Shown in pieces: positions 59,019-64,000 of a DNA stretch of 64,000 nt (the stretch's first letter is position 1; every line of letters starts with the position of its first letter). The position numbers were made by a program, and so were the translations under genes. Source of the DNA: Macrostomum lignano (Eukaryota); NCBI GenBank assembly GCA_002269645.1, contig NIVC01000056.1, positions 124,001 through 188,000 on the forward strand. The letters are read 5' to 3'. The notes below the pieces were generated by a model that searched no databases, was not told the origin of the DNA, and saw only the letters and a list, made by a program, of their open reading frames with translations.

Positions 59019-59349
59019 GATCGGCTCGGCAACGAAGAGAAGGCAGCAAGAAAGAGAGAGAAAGCGGAAAACGAGAGAAGAACAAAAGCAAAAGCACACA
59101 GTGTCTGGCAGGACCTAATGCCCAACCTAAAGAATCTAAACTAAAATCACGCAAACCAAATGCTAACCTGCCAGACAAGAGCCCTAAAAGACACACACAG
59201 AGGGATTCATACCGGTTTACGAAACGTGATTGCGGGCTTAGCTGGTATCGTCGCTCGGACAGTCGTAGATGGCCTCTGGCGGATGCAGACTGCGTCTCGG
59301 CCGATGTGCAGATCGCTCCGGCCGATGTAGATCGTCTTTGGGCCACTTG

Positions 59350-59558
59350 CAGATAGCAGATCGCCTCAGCTCACCGCGGATCGCCAGAAATCGTCGCAGG
59401 TCGCTGCAGATCGCCGCAGATCGTCTCAGATCGCCGCAGATCGTCGCAGATCGTCGCAGATCGCCACAGATCGCCGCAGATCGTCGCAGATCGCCGCAGA
59501 TCGCCACAGATCGCCGCAGATCGTCGCAGATCGTCGCAGAACGTTGCAGATCGCCACA
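59350..59558. repeat. 10-bp tandem repeat (AGATCG[C/T]CGC)n in the retrotransposon 5' leader
   Basis: Direct reading; lies between the PBS and the gag ATG. Confidence 0.92.
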
Positions 59559-59618
59559 AATAACAACGCAAATAGGCAGATGGGTGATCTAAGACCTACG
59601 AGTGCGGGTCGAGTTGAG

Positions 59619-59635
59619 TCTCGGTGGGACCTCCA
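59619..59635 (-). other. Primer binding site complementary to the tRNA-Gln 3' end
   Basis: Plus strand TCTCGGTGGGACCTCCA matches the recalled 3' end of metazoan tRNA-Gln(UUG) including CCA; 5 nt from the LTR end. Confidence 0.8.
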
Positions 59636-59640
59636 TTTTA

Positions 59641-60033
59641 TGTGACGAAATTAAACGAGAGTCGAAATGCAGGTGTAATTTGTGTAGCGGAATTGTCTAC
59701 GAAGGTCTAATATTGAATCGTATTTGTTTATTATTTTTTGGGCAAGAATATTGTAGTAGTAATGGGCATTGTTGGACAATGTTGGGCTAAGGTTGGGCTA
59801 AGGTGACAAGCGTGAGGAGAGGGGTGCATGAGGCCACAAAATAAATCAATTCAATTCCATTTTAAATAGAGACCGTTTATGAGACTAACACAGTATAACA
59901 AAATGAATAGCACAGACTGCAAACAATTAATTATAAATTATACTGGTAAATAAGTGTCAAGGCGAAAATAAAATAAAGAAGATTAACCAATAAACAAACT
60001 AACAAATACGAGTAAGAAAGTGACATCGTTACA
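59641..60033 (-). repeat. 5' LTR of the Gypsy element (393 bp)
   Basis: Plus-strand termini TGTGACG...CGTTACA, adjacent to the PBS, followed by TSD ACTT. The distal boundary rests on the TG..CA end and the TSD. Confidence 0.7.
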
Positions 60034-61020
60034 ACTTGTCATAATCAATTTGTTCCAGCTAATATAACCTACGGAATGTGCATGAAAGTGCATCATGGTC
60101 GCTTTAATTGCTTCCTTCCCTAGTGTAAACTTAAAAATGCGATGCGACCACATCGCGTTACTGCAGAGAGCGGAAATTCCCATTCGCTTCCACCACTGCA
60201 TCTTCATGAAAAAAGTGAAAAACGCTGGAAACGTACATGTATTGCAGAGCAAGATCAAATTTCTTAGAACTACTCTATGCAGATAAACGACTGGTGAATC
60301 TCCAGCTGCGCTGAAACTGCACTGGTAGTTAAAAAAGCAAACTGGCCAACTTTTTCCTGGTGCATTATATACTAGCAGTAGCTAAACTTTCTTTTTAATT
60401 AAATTAAAACTACCGTACGTACTAGTTTATTCGATATTTGATATTGACTGACAATACATATATACTTATTTTAATCACCTACTGGATGAATTGCTCTCCA
60501 TCAAGTTCACACAGTACTTGTTTAATTCCTTATTTAAATACTTTTTGTTTCGTTAGCCGTTAAAGTCGTTCAATGATTCGAAGAAAAAAATTTAGGCGCT
60601 TTTTCAAATACTATATTTTACTAAGCTCAAAACTTATACAACTTATTACTAAATGGACCCTCGATCTTGAATTATTTTTAAATACAGGCCAAACAGGCTT
60701 TTTGCCTGAGCCAAACTTAATACTAAAAATAACTTACTACTTATTAAGTTATTACATTTCGAGCAGACAGGGTTTACGGAGTAAACTTGCAAGTTGATCT
60801 CCCTTTTGCCAGTAGTAGGCTGGACTCCGGAGTAGGCCCTAGTTGACAAAATAAAAAATTATTCATCAATAGTTAGGTTAGGGTTAGGCCTCATAATTAT
60901 TCATGAATCAGTTGCTAGGCTTCAGCTTAGTTTGGGTGCCAGATAAAATGCAGAAATGGATGCAGATACAAAACAGATCTGACTAGGCCTAACCTAATAT
61001 TATTAGTAATAAGGCCTAGC

Positions 61021-61339
61021 GGCATAGTTCTAGTTTACTTCGTTATATTATTTCATAATTCTACTTTACTTCGTTATATTAATTTCATGTATTTTCTTGC
61101 ATCTGTACTCTTACCACAACCTTTTGAGTGACGCACCTTTCGAGGCCTATCGGCTATCTTGAGGAGAACATCTGGCGCCGCATGTACCATAACAACCCCT
61201 TTGGCGCCGTGCTGTACTGGGACTCTGTTTATTATCCTATTTAGGACTTGACTTGACCTTGAACCAGAAATTTTGATAGAAAAAATAATTTAACAAACTC
61301 TAGGCAGAATAATATAACAAAGTAAACTAGAACTATGCC
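61021..61339 (+). mobile_element. Non-autonomous Merlin (ISXO2/IS1016-like) DNA transposon, 319 bp
   Basis: TIR GGCATAGTTCTAGTTTACTT; perfect 8-bp TSD GGCCTAGC (61013-61020, 61340-61347); internal 61152-61244 encodes GYLEENIWRRMYHNNPFGAVLYWDSVYYPI*, like the Merlin transposase C-terminus. Confidence 0.8.
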
Positions 61340-61519
61340 GGCCTAGCAGTAGGCCAGTAGCTAGTATATTTTTTAGTGTGTGCTACTTATGAGGCACAGT
61401 GGTACTGTATAAAAGTAGCATTTTTATTAAAGAACAAAGAATCAATATGTAAATACTAAATAGCCATCATAGCCCATATTGTCATATACTTATAGCATAG
61501 GCTAGCATATGCAAATGCT

Positions 61520-62097
61520 AGTAATGTTGCAGTTTGTTTCGCATAATTATTTTTACTTTTGAATATATGCCAATGTGTTATGGAGGGTTTTTCGTGCTGA
61601 CTTGTCATGCCATGTCATCCTAAAAGGCCATAGACACTTTCAGGCAAGTTTTAGTGAGGGGTGAAGGCAGCAATCTTTTACACTGTTCAAGATTTCCCAA
61701 CCTAGAATTGCTTAAGATATACAATATTTTGCAAGTCATGGCAAGACGTCTAGCTGCACAATCATTTATAATCCCACCTGCTGAGGTTGTACCTGCTGCT
61801 GAGCTGCTAAATCTGATGGATGGCACATTCCCTTTGCGTTACATATGATATGATTTATCTCGAAGAGTTCCTCTGGCGTCACATGTACCCTAACAATGTC
61901 TTTGGTGCAGTGCTGTATTAGATTGTCCATTACTATCCTCTGTGAGGATTTGAGTTCTGAGACTTTTGAGCAACTTTTGACTAAGTGACTAAGGAGTGAT
62001 GTTATAGTCCTATTAATGTTCACTTGTTTTATTATTCATGATGTTGCCGTGTATTCAAAAGTAAAAATAATTACGCAAAACAAACTGCAACATTGCC
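61520..62097 (+). mobile_element. Second non-autonomous Merlin-type element, 578 bp
   Basis: ~45-bp TIR (AGTAATGTTGCAGTTTG... / ...CAAACTGCAACATTGCC); TSD CAAATGCT / CAAATGCC (7 of 8 match); internal 61856-61945 encodes YLEEFLWRHMYPNNVFGAVLY*IVHYYPL*. Confidence 0.78.
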
Positions 62098-63431
62098 CAA
62101 ATGCCTTATATTGACCCATTAATACATTATTAATATTGGGTATGAATGATAACTACAGATAGTAGTATAGTACATTATTTTCATTTTTAGTATATAAATA
62201 TTCAAACATAAATGTTCAAAAAACTGTTCAAACAGTTGTCTTGCAATCAACTGACCATATGGCAATGACACAAAAATTATGGTGCTAGATAAAGTTTACC
62301 TATTAGTAGGCCCTAGTACTTGATCAATTTTTTATTAGCTTAGTAAAGCCAAATGTCTATATAGTATTCATATGGTGCGTAGCAGTCATTTTATCTGCCA
62401 CCTTTTCATCTGCCAGTAGATGAAACGACTTTTTAAGAAGAAAAATTAAAGTATAGCTACATAGTTAGTAAAGCTAATTTTCTATAATTAAATATTGCAA
62501 GTCATGCAAAAAGAGTTAAAATGGGATATTAGTTTTTTTAAGTGTAATTTTGTTATAGCAATATTTTAAAGAAATATAATATAGATTTTAAACATCCATA
62601 GAAAAGAAAAACTTATTAACAGGAAGGAAGGGATGTTGCAGTTACAAATATTAAAGGCAGAGATAGAGTTTGCGGTTGTCGATTGAATACAATTGGCCGG
62701 CTATTATGAGAATTATTATGACCCCATCCAATGATGATAACACATTTTTATTATAAACATTATTTAGCTTGCAAAATTTATATACAAAAAGCTAGTGTAT
62801 GTACTTAAGTAAAAATATTTTTTGATTGTACTCTCATGCTTCTAGTTCTAACATAATGTACTTTTTAAGATATATAGATATTAATTTTCATTATTATATA
62901 TATCAGCATTGTATTTAGTCTTAATATTTTATGGTAGACAAAATGATTGTATCATATTTTTGTAGACAAAAGAATGGCAAATGAATAGGCAGCAGACAAA
63001 ACAATTGTCAACCATTCATATAATTAAAGGATAAAGCCATAGTAACATTAAAAAACTATTCCTTGGTTTAAGTTAGGCCTAGCTAGTTATTAGCTTAGGC
63101 TAGACAGACCCTAGGGCCAAAAATCACTTAGATAATAAAGTATAATATTTTTTCAGACTAGTTGCTTAAGTTTTATTTTAATAGTATAAAAATATCATTC
63201 TTAAAAAATAGATATTTAAATATGCATAAATTAAATATTTTAATCATGTTTTTTTAATTAAGCTCTAATCCTAATTTGATAAGGTCTAGATAAAATTAAT
63301 AAACCAAGGTCTTAAAACAGGGACAATAATACTAGCAGCATTTAAATACAAAAAGACAAAATAGATTTAGACCTATTTTTCTTTTTTTAATTTGCTTTTA
63401 AATAAAATAATTGATGCAGGGCTTGCTTCTG

Positions 63432-64000
63432 TGTAGACTAAGGCAGAGAGATGCGACTGAGAGTTGACAAAGCCTCTTGGCGTTTATTAGATCGATACGC
63501 AGGTTAAATACGATACAACGATTGTTACAAAACTGGGTATAAAAGATAGAGACAGGGGTGGGTGAAAAGCACGTACATGCTGTACAATAGCAACCCCTAC
63601 CCCGCTCTAGTGACTGGCGCATACAAGTACACTTGCAACTCACTACAATCCTCCCCAGCAAAAAAGATCAATAACATTCGAACGAATAATTTGAAGGAAA
63701 CATAAGAACAGTAAAACATTCGAAACAATATTGGTATAAAGAATTTCTCGCTTTCAAATAATTCGCAATAGTCAGTAGAACAGTCACTGAGTCAATTAAC
63801 AATTCAACTGGCCACATAGCGATCCACTGGCATCCGCCTACACACTGGGTAGCGTCTCGGGGGCGGCTCCTCGTCCGCCTCATCGCCATCGTGCGCCGCG
63901 TGCGCAAAGGGCGGCTGCAGGAAGCGCTCTCCATCAGGGACTGGCAGAATCCGCGGCCGCAGACGATTCACATTCACCCTGCGGGTCCAGCCATTCTCAA
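63432..64000 (-). mobile_element. 3' end of a second Gypsy-type element: integrase C-terminus, PPT and 216-bp LTR
   Basis: Minus frame ENGWTRRVNVNRLRPR...PPPRRYPVCRRMPVDRYVAS*; purine tract GGGGAGGA before LTR 63647-63432 with TGTAG...CTACA termini and an internal AATAAA. Confidence 0.75.

Larger units (their letters stand above)
51102..60033 (-). mobile_element. Ty3/Gypsy LTR retrotransposon, 8.9 kb, defective copy (SINE insertion, one nonsense codon, one frameshift)
   Basis: 5' LTR 60033-59641, PBS 59635-59619, Gag from ATG 59018, protease DSG, RT YLDD, RNase H, integrase ending 52669, PPT about 51760-51748, 3' LTR 51747-51102. TSD ACTT at 51098-51101 and 60034-60037. Domain order PR-RT-RH-IN. 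Confidence 0.92.

Overview
Eukaryotic (metazoan) genomic DNA. GC-rich exons, introns filled with minisatellite arrays and the gene content suggest a free-living flatworm such as Macrostomum; this is inference only. Genes reconstructed by hand from ORFs and GT-AG phases: (1) a nuclear hormone receptor (minus, runs off the left edge); (2) a minus-strand gene ending in two TTEYxDRY repeats; (3) a full-length ROS1/sevenless-type receptor tyrosine kinase (plus, about 25 exons, 10231-33053, about 2330 aa); (4) a convergent 13-exon C2-DSL-EGF Delta-like membrane protein (minus, 41974-34173, 911 aa); (5) two intronless secreted WSC-domain paralogs. Mobile DNA: an 8.9-kb Ty3/Gypsy element (51102-60033, minus), the 3' end of a second Gypsy element, an RTE-like LINE, a second LINE 3' fragment, two tRNA-derived SINE families, several foldback MITEs and two Merlin-type non-autonomous elements with 8-bp TSDs. 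The most unusual item is the 8.9-kb Gypsy element: its Gag carries a cold-shock domain after the CCHC knuckle, and its two LTRs are largely non-alignable yet share a 4-bp TSD. Most long ORFs in the supplied track are artefacts of tandem repeats.
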